Of a DNA stretch of 64,000 bases, positions 20,075 through 29,792 are shown piece by piece. Every line of letters begins with the position of its first letter. The stretch's first letter is position 1. The notes under the pieces were generated by a model. It did not search any database and was not told the origin of the DNA. It worked only from the letters and a program-made list of their open reading frames with translations. The stretch lies in the sequence record LC819009.1; one strand, written 5' to 3'. Position numbers and translations under genes: made by a program.

Positions 20075-22171
20075 ATGGATAATATTCTGTTGCTCAACAA
20101 GAGGAACAAAACAGCAGTTTACCCAAGTGATCTGCTGGTCATTGACATTGACAGAACCTGTCCGATTCTCGGAAATCCGTTTCCGATGAAGGACAAAGAC
20201 GACGATGAAGAACGCTCTTTTGTGATCGATTCATACCGTCGGTATTTTGAAAAAGAGTATACCAATAATGGGATACTCACCAAACGAATTCATGAACTTG
20301 CAGACCTGGTTCGCTCTGGTAAGCGGATCGGTCTTCGCTGCTGGTGTCACCCTAAACCGTGTCACGGCAACATCATCATCTCCAAGATCAAAAAACTACT
20401 GGAAGGAAACATGTCTGAATCGCCTCAACAACCCAGTAAAGAGTTTCTGAACTATCCCTTCGCAAAGGAAGACATCGATTACGTCGAATGTCGTTTCGCT
20501 ATCCACATTCCGAAGGATCGAAACAACGAGAAAGGTATCGACCTTCATGCAGTTAAGGAAATCATTCACTTCAAGGATGGCACGACCAAGCCGTGGGTGA
20601 AGTACATTCCGAACTACCAGTGCAAATTCTGGACGACGAAGCCTCATGTTCGTAACGGCAAGTTTGCACACAAGCAGAAGAAAGAATGGGAGTCGCTCGA
20701 TAACCTGATTGAAGGTCAGGCTACCGCTTCCGGCATGGGCTTTGCTGTTGCTCGTGCGCTGGATCAGATGCGTCTGGCTGATCGTTATTTCGATCTGAAG
20801 GATTCGCCCTACGTCTACGGTCTGGATATTCCGTCGACGGTGCAACTCAAGCACGACTACACCGTGCGTATGCAGGGTAAGGCTGATACGCCGTTTACCA
20901 TCGCCTATTCTGATACTGAAACGAACATGCTCGGTATCGAAGAAGGTGCTTCGAAACACATCATCATGCAGTCGCTCTTCCATCAGGATGGACGTCTGTT
21001 CACGGTGATTCTCGAAGACTTCGTGAAGACGCTGCCTAATCCGCAGAAAGATCTTCGCGCCCTCTATGACGAACACATGCCTGAGCAAGGCAAGGAACTC
21101 GTCAAGGATTGGGAAATCGCAATCGTCAAAGAACCGATCGACATCGTCAAGGCAATTTTGCAACGTTGCCATACGTGGCAGCCTGACTTCCTGTCGTTCT
21201 GGAACATGATCTTCGACTTGGACAAAATGATCCAGTGCGTTGAAGACGCCGGTTATCGCCCAGAAGACATCTTCTGCGATCCTCGTCTGCCGCGTGAGTT
21301 GCGTTATGCATACCTGAAGCGCGCTAACCCGAGCAAGACGTCGGCATCGGGTCGTCTGATGACCAAGAAGCCTGCCGACCAGTGGCATAGCTGGCTATGT
21401 CCTGCCTCGTTTTACATCATTGACCAGATGGCCACCTACCGCTTCGTTCGTAAATCGAAGCAGCTGGAAAAGTCTTACGGTCTGGATGACATTCTGGGCA
21501 AGGAACTCGAAGGTCTGGGTAAGCTTAAGCACAAGCCTGCTGAAGGTTTGACTAAAGCTGAATTCCACATCTTCATGCAACAGAAATATCCTGGCGAGTA
21601 TGTGATCTATCACATCTGGGATGCGGTCTGTATGCACCTGCTGACATTGAAGACGAAGGACTTGTCATTCTCGTTGCCAGGTACGACGGAGTTCTCGGAC
21701 TTCATGAGCTTTGAATCGGAACCGAAGCGTTACATCCACAAGTTCCATTTCTACGCATTGGAAAACCATCGATGCGTCACTGGTGTATCCAGTAAAGCTC
21801 TGGTGCAAGAATACGACGACATGACCATCTCCACCAAAGGTCACATCGTTACTCTTGAACCACACTTGACTGTGGATTCGGGGATGAAGATCTTCAATGA
21901 TTATCCCGAGCTACAGACAAACTTCTACGGCCATAATGCTGACCTGGACGTCAAGTCCAGTTATCCATACGGCCAGTGGGTTTTCAACATGTCGCGTACG
22001 ACGACTGTTCGAGAACTCGTTGAGATCGAAGGTGTGCGTGATCATGTTCGCCGCATCCAGGGTCTTAACATCTCTGGTGGACGCAGTAATGCAGTTGAAT
22101 TCTGTACTGAGATCTTCGGTCTTCCGACTCTTGCCGAACTCGACAAGATTTACGATCAAGCAAATGCATAA
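20075..22171 (+). CDS. Split family-B DNA polymerase exonuclease/N-terminal subunit (gp82-like) with in-frame N-terminal DUF4326-like domain
   Basis: ExoI SDTET, ExoII FWNMIFD, ExoIII YHIWD, PolB motif A DLDVKSSYP; N-terminal GNPF and LRCWCHPKPCHG; second RBS+ATG at 20411. Confidence 0.8.
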   Translation: MDNILLLNKRNKTAVYPSDLLVIDIDRTCPILGNPFPMKDKDDDEERSFVIDSYRRYFEKEYTNNGILTKRIHELADLVRSGKRIGLRCWCHPKPCHGNIIISKIKKLLEGNMSESPQQPSKEFLNYPFAKEDIDYVECRFAIHIPKDRNNEKGIDLHAVKEIIHFKDGTTKPWVKYIPNYQCKFWTTKPHVRNGKFAHKQKKEWESLDNLIEGQATASGMGFAVARALDQMRLADRYFDLKDSPYVYGLDIPSTVQLKHDYTVRMQGKADTPFTIAYSDTETNMLGIEEGASKHIIMQSLFHQDGRLFTVILEDFVKTLPNPQKDLRALYDEHMPEQGKELVKDWEIAIVKEPIDIVKAILQRCHTWQPDFLSFWNMIFDLDKMIQCVEDAGYRPEDIFCDPRLPRELRYAYLKRANPSKTSASGRLMTKKPADQWHSWLCPASFYIIDQMATYRFVRKSKQLEKSYGLDDILGKELEGLGKLKHKPAEGLTKAEFHIFMQQKYPGEYVIYHIWDAVCMHLLTLKTKDLSFSLPGTTEFSDFMSFESEPKRYIHKFHFYALENHRCVTGVSSKALVQEYDDMTISTKGHIVTLEPHLTVDSGMKIFNDYPELQTNFYGHNADLDVKSSYPYGQWVFNMSRTTTVRELVEIEGVRDHVRRIQGLNISGGRSNAVEFCTEIFGLPTLAELDKIYDQANA

Positions 22172-22182
22172 AGCATAGGTGC

Positions 22183-22210
22183 CTACTCCTACCCGCAAGG
22201 GTAGGAGTAG
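22183..22210. terminator. Bidirectional terminator-like hairpin, identical to the one at 32016-32043
   Basis: CTACTCCTACCC-GCAA-GGGTAGGAGTAG. Confidence 0.8.
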
Positions 22211-22222
22211 AACTATGTCTGT

Positions 22223-22822
22223 TTACCACAAGCTGTAACCAGCAGGTGTGTATTTGGGATTTGCCTGCCAGTCCACAATGGTTGCACCTACCTGACCATT
22301 AGGACTGGAAATGACAGGATAGTAATTGGTTTGTCCCGGCGAATAGGTCGTGAGGCTAAGTGTGCCTTCATTGACGCCATTGCGGTAATAGGTAAACTGT
22401 TTGTTGACAAAATCGACAGCCATGCCGACGTAGTCGCCTTGAGTAAACCCAGTTACACCGTAGTTAGCACGAACGTTGCTGTTGTAAATCAGCTGACTCA
22501 CAGCACCTGTGCAATACCAGAAGACTTCCCCGGAATTGCTGGTCCATGGCGTATTAAAAGTCGTCGTGGTTGTTCCAAGACCAATAAGAGGACTGTATGA
22601 AACAGAACCCTCAAACTGAGTCATAAGAACTTCAAAATACCACTTGCCTCCATTGGCAACGGCTCTGGATAGAGTTGCAAAAACTGAGCCGCCCGTGTTT
22701 CCGCAGTTCGCTCTCAGGTTTCCGTTTGAAACGGAAACCGAAGTAGCTTTAAGTGTTGGGCTAAAAGTCGTTGTTGTTGCTGCGATTGTTTTCTTTTTTA
22801 ACAGCAAGCTAGTTGCCAACAT
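22223..22822 (-). CDS. SPRY/B30.2 (concanavalin-like) domain protein
   Basis: 199 aa; GGKWYFEV and GDYVGMAVDFVNKQFTYYRNG motifs. Confidence 0.8.
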   Translation of the reverse strand: MLATSLLLKKKTIAATTTTFSPTLKATSVSVSNGNLRANCGNTGGSVFATLSRAVANGGKWYFEVLMTQFEGSVSYSPLIGLGTTTTTFNTPWTSNSGEVFWYCTGAVSQLIYNSNVRANYGVTGFTQGDYVGMAVDFVNKQFTYYRNGVNEGTLSLTTYSPGQTNYYPVISSPNGQVGATIVDWQANPKYTPAGYSLW

Positions 22823-22825
22823 AAA

Positions 22826-23425
22826 TCACCACCGAGAAAAGCCGGACGGAATCGGATTCACCAGGTTCGTCGTGAAGTCAACGATCGCAGGCGAACCACC
22901 AGCATTCACGCTACATGAAACCGGATAGTACGTGTGTCCGAGGTTACTGTAAGTGGAAAGGGAGAGTTTTCCTCGCGCAGTTCCACCAAGAATAAATTCG
23001 ATCGTGTTGTTGACCAGATCCAGACAGATACCGATCACACCACCTGCACTTACGAATGTACCGTAGTTCAGACGTGCATCAGCAGCATAGCTGACCTGTG
23101 CATTATTGGGTGCGCTTCCGTAGAAGAGAACCTGATCCAGTGCGCCGCCGCCATACACGTTTGACAACCCTGTGCGTTCAGAACAGATCCCGGTCATTGG
23201 TGCTGCGCCGCCTGACCACCCACTCTCAGTCTGGACAATCAGAATTTCGGTGTACCACTTTCCAGTAGTTTTACCGATAGTGCCGCGAGCACCTGCTCGT
23301 GAGTTGGATGCCAGCGTTGCTCGTGAATTGGTATTCGACAGCGTTACACCGGAAACTACGACAGCAGGATCCCAAGCCAGCAAAGATCCTGTCTTCTTCT
23401 TTAAAAGCAGGGAGTTGTCAAGCAT
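22826..23425 (-). CDS. SPRY/B30.2 domain protein, tandem paralog
   Basis: 199 aa from MLDNSLLLKKK; GKWYTEI and GGVIGICLDLVNNTIEF motifs. Confidence 0.8.
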   Translation of the reverse strand: MLDNSLLLKKKTGSLLAWDPAVVVSGVTLSNTNSRATLASNSRAGARGTIGKTTGKWYTEILIVQTESGWSGGAAPMTGICSERTGLSNVYGGGALDQVLFYGSAPNNAQVSYAADARLNYGTFVSAGGVIGICLDLVNNTIEFILGGTARGKLSLSTYSNLGHTYYPVSCSVNAGGSPAIVDFTTNLVNPIPSGFSRW

Positions 23426-23460
23426 ATAAAGCCCAGTATAATTGGTCAAAAGTCATAGAA

Positions 23461-23488
23461 TCGTACCTAGGCTTTCGCCTAGGTACGA
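23461..23488. terminator. Terminator-like hairpin after tmk
   Basis: TCGTACCTAGGC-TTTC-GCCTAGGTACGA. Confidence 0.7.
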
Positions 23489-23492
23489 GTTC

Positions 23493-24188
23493 TTAACCGA
23501 TGTACTGGATGATTTCGTCGACGGATTTCTTCACTTCAGTGAAGAGGCGAGTTGCGTCAACAGTGAAAAGAGGACCCGCTTCCTGGATGCGACGCTGCGC
23601 GAATTGCAGGCGGAAATTCTGGATGAGATTCTCGAAGAATTCATCCGGTTTCGTTTCGAACGCGTCCTTCGTATTGCCGAGCGCACTCACTCGCTCGTCG
23701 ACACGAGCACGAGACGTTGCCAGATCGATGTCCAGGAAGATCGTGGCGTAGCCTTTGATCTGGCTGTAGAGCCATGCCCGCGTTTGAAGCGGATAGCCTG
23801 CCAGGATGTTGGGCAGATTCAGATGGTAGTCGAACATCTGATCACAGAGCTTCTTAGGGATTCCCTGGGTGAAGTGCTGGTACACCCATGTCGTGTCGTT
23901 CCAACGGTCACTGATGACCACCTGGCCAGACAGAAGGGCAGGTATGATGGTCTCGACCAGTACCCGACGTCGCAGATACAGAATGCACGACAAAACTGCC
24001 GGCATCGGGATTTTCTGATGGATCCATGCGTCCCGCATGAACGATGCTTCTTCGTCTTTCGGGTAGGCAGCCACGACGACGTTCGGAATACCCTTGGCGG
24101 TCAGGTATTCGCCGATGTGTTGCGAGATGCTGCTCTTGCCACTACCGTCGATGCCTTCAACGGTCCAGAAACGATTGTCACTTGCCAC
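23493..24188 (-). CDS. tmk: Thymidylate kinase
   Basis: P-loop VEGIDGSGKSS, VVISDRW motif, IFLDID strand; 231 aa. Confidence 0.9.
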   Translation of the reverse strand: MASDNRFWTVEGIDGSGKSSISQHIGEYLTAKGIPNVVVAAYPKDEEASFMRDAWIHQKIPMPAVLSCILYLRRRVLVETIIPALLSGQVVISDRWNDTTWVYQHFTQGIPKKLCDQMFDYHLNLPNILAGYPLQTRAWLYSQIKGYATIFLDIDLATSRARVDERVSALGNTKDAFETKPDEFFENLIQNFRLQFAQRRIQEAGPLFTVDATRLFTEVKKSVDEIIQYIG

Positions 24189-24294
24189 GATTGGTCTCCT
24201 AGTTTAACCAGGGTATCTGCCGAAAGAATAAAAAAATAAAGCAAAAAAAAATCCCCGGTGTTACCCGGGGAGAAAATACACGCGCCGCCGAGGG

Positions 24295-25065
24295 CTACAC
24301 GCGACGCATGTAGAGACTCAGTGGCACGTAGGACGGATTCACGAAACGATACATCGCAGCGGCACTCTGTTCCTTCTCGCGGCAGTTATTCGCGAAACGA
24401 ACGAAGTGCTCCAACTCGCCCTTGTTCTTGGCGGTGCCGACGTACACACTGTTCTGCTCCTTAAGCGAACTGTAGTAGACTTCGACGCCGCCTTCTTTCG
24501 AGCGAGCATATGCCTGTACGCCATCGGGGATGATGACGTCATGCACAGTCTTGATATAGTTCCGGTTGTACTTCACCGGATACCACAACGACTTGTTGAC
24601 CTCGTCGGTGAACTGACGCAGATTCTCGAAGTAGTAGTTCGCGGCTTCCAGGACCATGTTCTTGTAGTCTGGGTTGTGGAACTCCTGCGCAATGCTGCTG
24701 CCGCTGAAGACACGGATAACAACCTTGCGAGGACCCCGCATTACTGCGACCATCTTCGAAGGAAGAATGAAAACGCCATGGCCAGGAATGACCTTGACGC
24801 CTTCTTCTTTCTTATCAAACAACTGACGTAGCTTGCCTCGCTGGGCGAAAGCTTTCGACTGACCGAGCGCAACGTTGTAGATGCGAAATGTCTCAGCCGA
24901 TACTTCTTCGTCCACGATGGGCGTGAACACGTGATTCTGGCGAATGCTATTCACCCGCCATGCCTTGTCGCCATAGCTGGCGTTAACCATGGACAGGTCC
25001 GAATCGATCGGGAATTCGCGATTCAGAATACGCACTACGTTTTTGCCGACGGAGATCTGTTGCAT
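24295..25065 (-). CDS. Hypothetical protein
   Basis: 256 aa with AAGGA RBS; followed by CCCCGG hairpin and T-run at about 24240-24270. Confidence 0.7.
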   Translation of the reverse strand: MQQISVGKNVVRILNREFPIDSDLSMVNASYGDKAWRVNSIRQNHVFTPIVDEEVSAETFRIYNVALGQSKAFAQRGKLRQLFDKKEEGVKVIPGHGVFILPSKMVAVMRGPRKVVIRVFSGSSIAQEFHNPDYKNMVLEAANYYFENLRQFTDEVNKSLWYPVKYNRNYIKTVHDVIIPDGVQAYARSKEGGVEVYYSSLKEQNSVYVGTAKNKGELEHFVRFANNCREKEQSAAAMYRFVNPSYVPLSLYMRRV

Positions 25066-25099
25066 GTCGATTTTATCCTTACGTTTTGAAAGTTGAAGC

Positions 25100-25837
25100 T
25101 TAAGCTGCGTTGGTGCTTACATCTTCAGAGTTTGCTGCTTCCAGGCTTTCGCCCGATGCTGCTTTTTGGCGAGCCTTGATGATGCAGATCGCCATGTCCA
25201 CGGCCACCAGGAAGTGGGCGTGAGAGGTTTGGTACGGATTCTTCGGAACAGAAACCGTACTGGCCAGCCGTCGCGGATCGCCTGCTTCTTCATAGCTTTC
25301 CAGCGGAGCAGTCGTCTGATACGCGTCGATCATTTCCTTGGTAGCGGCGATGACCGAATCGACCCAGACATACTTCTTCTTCCATGCTGCCTTGTAATAG
25401 CGCTTGGCATCTTCAACCGAATAGCCGGCATTGGCGAGAGTCGCCAGACAGCCTTGTTCGAAGATTGCCCGCGTACGGACAGACAGCGGAATCGCGACGA
25501 TTGTGCGGCCGACTTCTTTTTCATCTTGCTTGCGGATGTTGACGCGCAGGTCCCATTCACCGAGTCGGTGGGGAACGCGGCTCCAACCGTGGAAGAACTG
25601 TACCAGGTCCTTCTGGCGTCCTTCAGACACGATCCGTTCGATTTCTGCTACAGCCGCTTCATCGGCGGCAGATGCGAGAGGTGCAGGGGCTACCCGATGT
25701 GCAGGACGATGGGCTGCATGGTTATTTCCTCCACGACTGAAGGTCGAGGTATGCGGCCGGTGACGTTGGCCTTCTGTGGATTGGGGCGTCTTATTCTTGT
25801 TGCCGCCGAATCGATGTGCCATGTTGAGATAAGTCAT
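25100..25837 (-). CDS. Hypothetical early protein with basic disordered N-terminus
   Basis: GGGAG RBS favours MTYLN at 25837; promoter motif at 25935-25944. Confidence 0.7.
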   Translation of the reverse strand: MTYLNMAHRFGGNKNKTPQSTEGQRHRPHTSTFSRGGNNHAAHRPAHRVAPAPLASAADEAAVAEIERIVSEGRQKDLVQFFHGWSRVPHRLGEWDLRVNIRKQDEKEVGRTIVAIPLSVRTRAIFEQGCLATLANAGYSVEDAKRYYKAAWKKKYVWVDSVIAATKEMIDAYQTTAPLESYEEAGDPRRLASTVSVPKNPYQTSHAHFLVAVDMAICIIKARQKAASGESLEAANSEDVSTNAA

Positions 25838-25934
25838 AATGACTCCCAAGACATAATTTTGGTAAGCGAGGAATTCGCTTGTTTTAACCAACAGAACAGA
25901 ACCCAGCAAAAGTTTTAGCCGGAAATTCATTTTG

Positions 25935-25944
25935 ATTATATATT
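25935..25944 (-). promoter_or_regulatory. Early promoter motif (AATATATAAT)
   Basis: Same motif class as 748-757; AT-rich intergenic region. Confidence 0.55.
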
Positions 25945-26031
25945 GTTGATTTTTTCTGCATTATATCTGAACGCTACACAAATAAAAACAGACATAGACC
26001 AATACCAGAAGCCTTGCGGCCTCTGGTATCG

Positions 26032-26544
26032 TCATTTCTTTTGCTGTTGATTACTAGGCGTTTGATCGAGCAACTTCTCCAACTTCCGAATGGCGCCGTT
26101 TCCGGCACCCAGGAGCTTGGCGCTATGCTTCTTCGCCGAGTTAATCACCTTCAGGAAATCGCGTCGAGGATAACGAATTAACTCATCGAAGGAAAACCCG
26201 AAGATTTCGTGCACCTTGTTTTCGGCAAACTGGTCGAGACGGAAGTCAAACGGGTCCACACGAGCCAGATCCTCAAGCGGCGAGCAGAATAACAGAGGCC
26301 ATGGAACGTTCTTGAAGTCGTCCGGTCCGTCGTGATTGTAGATGCCGAATGCGGTTTCGTACTTCATCCGCATGAACAACTCCGCGTCCACCACATTGGG
26401 TAGTTTGGCGTTGGTCATGGCTTCCAGAATCACGTTGACCGGAGACCTGCCCCTGTCTTCTATTCTCGCCAACTCGGGTTCTAGTCCGATGTGTCCTCCA
26501 GACTCCTCGATGAGAGTCCAAGCAACTTCTGCTCGACCAGCTGA
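26032..26544 (-). CDS. Downstream ORF of putative tail assembly chaperone pair (T-like part, probably reached by -1 frameshift)
   Basis: Open in the -1 frame across the T8 run; C-terminal FGFSFDELIRYPRRDF resembles GT-type chaperone ends; alternative own ATG at 26418. Confidence 0.55.
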   Translation of the reverse strand, partial: SAGRAEVAWTLIEESGGHIGLEPELARIEDRGRSPVNVILEAMTNAKLPNVVDAELFMRMKYETAFGIYNHDGPDDFKNVPWPLLFCSPLEDLARVDPFDFRLDQFAENKVHEIFGFSFDELIRYPRRDFLKVINSAKKHSAKLLGAGNGAIRKLEKLLDQTPSNQQQKK

Positions 26545-28007
26545 AAAAAAACCGAAACCGCATCGAGTGCAATCAGGCGCGGCCACTTGTCGCCGGACAG
26601 GGTGTCCTCGTACTCGTTGACCGAAGTCGTCGCAATGATTGCGACTTGCGTGTTGTTGATGTAGTCGCTGATCGCCTTGAAGAACTTCCGGGAGATCTCG
26701 TCGGAGGCCGAGAGAGACACGAGCACCTTGTCCACGTTTTCACGCGTGGTATAGAGCTCGCCATCTTCTTCGATAGCCTTGACGTAGTGCGAGTACTGGC
26801 GCAGACGGGAAGCCTTAGCCAATTGGCTGATGTACTGCATGCGCTTCTGGTCGGTCGCTTCCGCGCCAAGAGCTTCGTGAACCGCGGCGTTGATTTCGTT
26901 GATCCACTTCTCGCCGGTGTCGAAGTACTCGCGCAGATTCGGCGTATACAGATGCAGCTTCACACCTTCGCCGATTTCGACCACCGTGTTCTGGTTGAAG
27001 ACGAACTGGTCCTTGTAGTCCTTGATCGTCTTGAGCGTCATCGGCGCTTCGATGCGCTTGACCATGTGTGCCAGTTGCTCTTCCTTGAACATTTTGGCGT
27101 TCATGAAGAGACACTTGCGCAGGTCGATGATCTGGTGCAGTTCTTCCTTCGGCAGCTTCGTATCTTCCGTGAAGACAGCCCGCGACATCGGGAAGCCGTT
27201 CGGATAGATCGAGGATGCGACCGACAGAGCGATCAGCGGCAGATCGTTCACGGTGATGTGATCGACCAGGTTTTCCTTGGGCAGATCGTTGACCGTCGTT
27301 TCGATCAGCGAGCCAACCCATGCTTCGAAAACAGCTTTGGCCGTGAAGACCGAGTTGTTCGCGAACATGAGACCGTGCGTGGCCCGGCCGAGCTTGATCG
27401 GTTCAGCGATGATGGTACGCCACAGGCCGATGATGTCGTATTCTTCCAGCGGCTTCACAGTCGCATAGAAGCCCGAGCCAACGAGCGGAACCTGTACCGG
27501 CGAACCCAGACCAAGACGCGCACGAACCGACAGGTTCAAACGCTCCGAGCTCATCTTCGCGCCACGTCCCTTGTTCGTGAACTTGGGACGACCGACGTTG
27601 ACGTTCTGGCCTGCGTAGTTCAGAGCGTTGCGCCATTCGGCATTCGGGTCAGCGAGCGCATCTTCGAACACGCCATGAGCCGGAACCGAACGGAAGCCGT
27701 TGAGCAGCGTCTGATACCAGTTCACCGCATCTTCGTTGACGTCGACTTCGCCCATCTTGGTCGCTGTCATGTCGTCGTTGATACGGCTTGCCGAATCAGG
27801 CAGAAGAGGAACCAGGATATCCTGAAACTTCTTCAGTTCTTCTTCGCTGGGAGCAGGCGACATCAAGTCGGTCTTGCTTTCCCAGTTCTTTGCTTGCTTG
27901 GGCACCTCGACGGTCTGCGGGTCGATACTGACCTGCGTTTCGTCGGGCATGTGAAGCTCGGGCTCGTCACCCGAGCCGCCCTGGTTGTCTTCAGGAGCGA
28001 TTGCCAT
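26481..28007 (-). CDS. Conserved jumbo-phage protein, putative tail/baseplate assembly chaperone (G-like)
   Basis: 508 aa; FYATVKPLEEYD segment reminiscent of T4 gp26-type chaperones; slippery site near the 3' end. Confidence 0.55.
   Translation of the reverse strand: MAIAPEDNQGGSGDEPELHMPDETQVSIDPQTVEVPKQAKNWESKTDLMSPAPSEEELKKFQDILVPLLPDSASRINDDMTATKMGEVDVNEDAVNWYQTLLNGFRSVPAHGVFEDALADPNAEWRNALNYAGQNVNVGRPKFTNKGRGAKMSSERLNLSVRARLGLGSPVQVPLVGSGFYATVKPLEEYDIIGLWRTIIAEPIKLGRATHGLMFANNSVFTAKAVFEAWVGSLIETTVNDLPKENLVDHITVNDLPLIALSVASSIYPNGFPMSRAVFTEDTKLPKEELHQIIDLRKCLFMNAKMFKEEQLAHMVKRIEAPMTLKTIKDYKDQFVFNQNTVVEIGEGVKLHLYTPNLREYFDTGEKWINEINAAVHEALGAEATDQKRMQYISQLAKASRLRQYSHYVKAIEEDGELYTTRENVDKVLVSLSASDEISRKFFKAISDYINNTQVAIIATTSVNEYEDTLSGDKWPRLIALDAVSVFFQLVEQKLLGLSSRSLEDTSD
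26544..26551 (-). promoter_or_regulatory. Putative -1 ribosomal frameshift site (GTT TTT TTT CAG)
   Basis: 8-T run in the correct phase; -1 frame open for 170 more codons. Confidence 0.6.
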
Positions 28008-28019
28008 GTAGCTGGTTCC

Positions 28020-28781
28020 TTAGATGCTGATCAGGCCAGAGCCAACGCGCGGATCCACGTCGTTCGGTTCGGCGGCTTTCGTCGTGTCGACGTCGAAGTC
28101 GGTGGGACGACGGCCTTCAGCCGGCTGGTTGATGATTTCCGACGGTTTGAGTGCATCTTCGCCATCGGCGCTGATACCTTCCATGCCTTCGGCCGGAGCT
28201 TCGACTTCCTTCGCTGCTTGCGGAACGTCGCCTTCGTCGAGGATGGCGACTTCCTGGCCGGCAGCACGCGCAGCTTCGATCTGTTCGACCGTCAGTGCGT
28301 CTTGCGCTTCGAGCAGTTCCTTGAGCGCCTTGTTGTAGATCAGGTTCAGCGCGCCGATGATCGGCTGGAACTTGTTGAAGAGGTCGATGTCGAATGCCTG
28401 ATAGGCTTCGAAGATGCGGTACGCTTTCGAGAGCTCTTCGTAGCTCAGGCACAGCTTACGGATGTGGCCGTGGCTGTCCCAGAGAGCCTGGAATTCCTTG
28501 GCCATTTCGGCGACGAGCGGCTGGATCTTCGCGATTTCGGCGTCGAACGCTTCCTTCTCGCCGTTCTTGGCGACCTTCATCAGCACGACCGGGTGGTTGT
28601 ACTGTGCGAACAGTTCAGCCAGCTTGTTGATGTTCTTCTGGCTGCGTTGGTGAACTTCTTTCAGCTGATACCAGCAGCGGGAGGTCTTCTCGCGATCGAA
28701 CGATTTCTTGCCGCTCGTCATGCCGGCTGCTGCGCGGCGTTCTGCGTCTTTCTGACGACGGCTTGCGGATTTTTGCGTCAT
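28020..28781 (-). CDS. Hypothetical helical protein with acidic tail
   Basis: 253 aa; strong codon bias; GGGGA RBS. Confidence 0.7.
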   Translation of the reverse strand: MTQKSASRRQKDAERRAAAGMTSGKKSFDREKTSRCWYQLKEVHQRSQKNINKLAELFAQYNHPVVLMKVAKNGEKEAFDAEIAKIQPLVAEMAKEFQALWDSHGHIRKLCLSYEELSKAYRIFEAYQAFDIDLFNKFQPIIGALNLIYNKALKELLEAQDALTVEQIEAARAAGQEVAILDEGDVPQAAKEVEAPAEGMEGISADGEDALKPSEIINQPAEGRRPTDFDVDTTKAAEPNDVDPRVGSGLISI

Positions 28782-28895
28782 TTGTCATATCCCCAGTAGG
28801 AATTTTAGATGGTTCACCAGACGATAACTTCAGGTAAATAAAAAAGTATTTATTTACTCTGTTGTGTAGATCCTCTGATGAATAAGGAGAACACT

Positions 28896-29792
28896 ATGCT
28901 CGATCAGAGCTTGGACAACTTTTTGGAACAGGCATTGCCACCGGAGAAGTACCGTCTCTACGTGGACATTATCTCCTATTTGGAGAGCATAGAATACGAC
29001 ACCATCGAGAGTGAGCTACTCAATCTCATCTACATGTCGATTGGCGACGAGAACGAAAAGGTTCCGAAGCCTGAGTCGACCTGCGTGGATGAAATCTACG
29101 GTCACCTTCGCGAGTGTATGATCTCCCAACTTTCGCAAAGCGGTATCATCGCGAATGAAGAGGTCAAGCTAAAGGATGTGTACGATTTGGCCATCGGCCT
29201 TTTCCACATCTCCACTCACGAAGACATCGCAGGCATTGTTGCATGCTGCAGTCTCGATGAAGCCCCGATCCACCAACTGGCTGAAGTACTCCAACTGGTG
29301 ACGACGGTGAGCGCCGATCACTGGATGACAGTCATCGACGAAATTCAACCCGAAGTCATCGACAAGATTGTCGAGATGAGTAAAGAGACGATCAACTCCG
29401 AGTATCAAGTAATGGAGGAGACGGCTGAATATTTACAGAAGATCCGGATCTATTCCGAGTACTGTGTCAAGAAGGGAATGATTGACCTCAAGGTCTTCAA
29501 TCTCGTCTCGAATGTCGTGCTCGGACAGAACTACCAGACGTATCTGGATTCTGGTGTGATTCATGAACTCTTCGAAGGCGATCAGATGGAACGATTGGCG
29601 CTTGAGATGTACGGCATGGCGCTGATGTCCAACGATGCTTCGAAGGATCCGGTCGGAGCTATCCGAACTGTCATCGAGTCATATATCGAGGACACGCGTC
29701 GTATTGTCGACTTGAACTCGAAAGTGCAGCTGGTCAATGCCGAGTTCGTCAAGTTCTATCAAACCACCAGCCAGGGCCTGAACAATGGATAA
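28896..29792 (+). CDS. Conserved jumbo-phage protein adjacent to the vRNAP subunit
   Basis: AAGGAG RBS before MLDQSL at 28896; overlaps the start of the vRNAP gene. Confidence 0.65.
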   Translation: MLDQSLDNFLEQALPPEKYRLYVDIISYLESIEYDTIESELLNLIYMSIGDENEKVPKPESTCVDEIYGHLRECMISQLSQSGIIANEEVKLKDVYDLAIGLFHISTHEDIAGIVACCSLDEAPIHQLAEVLQLVTTVSADHWMTVIDEIQPEVIDKIVEMSKETINSEYQVMEETAEYLQKIRIYSEYCVKKGMIDLKVFNLVSNVVLGQNYQTYLDSGVIHELFEGDQMERLALEMYGMALMSNDASKDPVGAIRTVIESYIEDTRRIVDLNSKVQLVNAEFVKFYQTTSQGLNNG

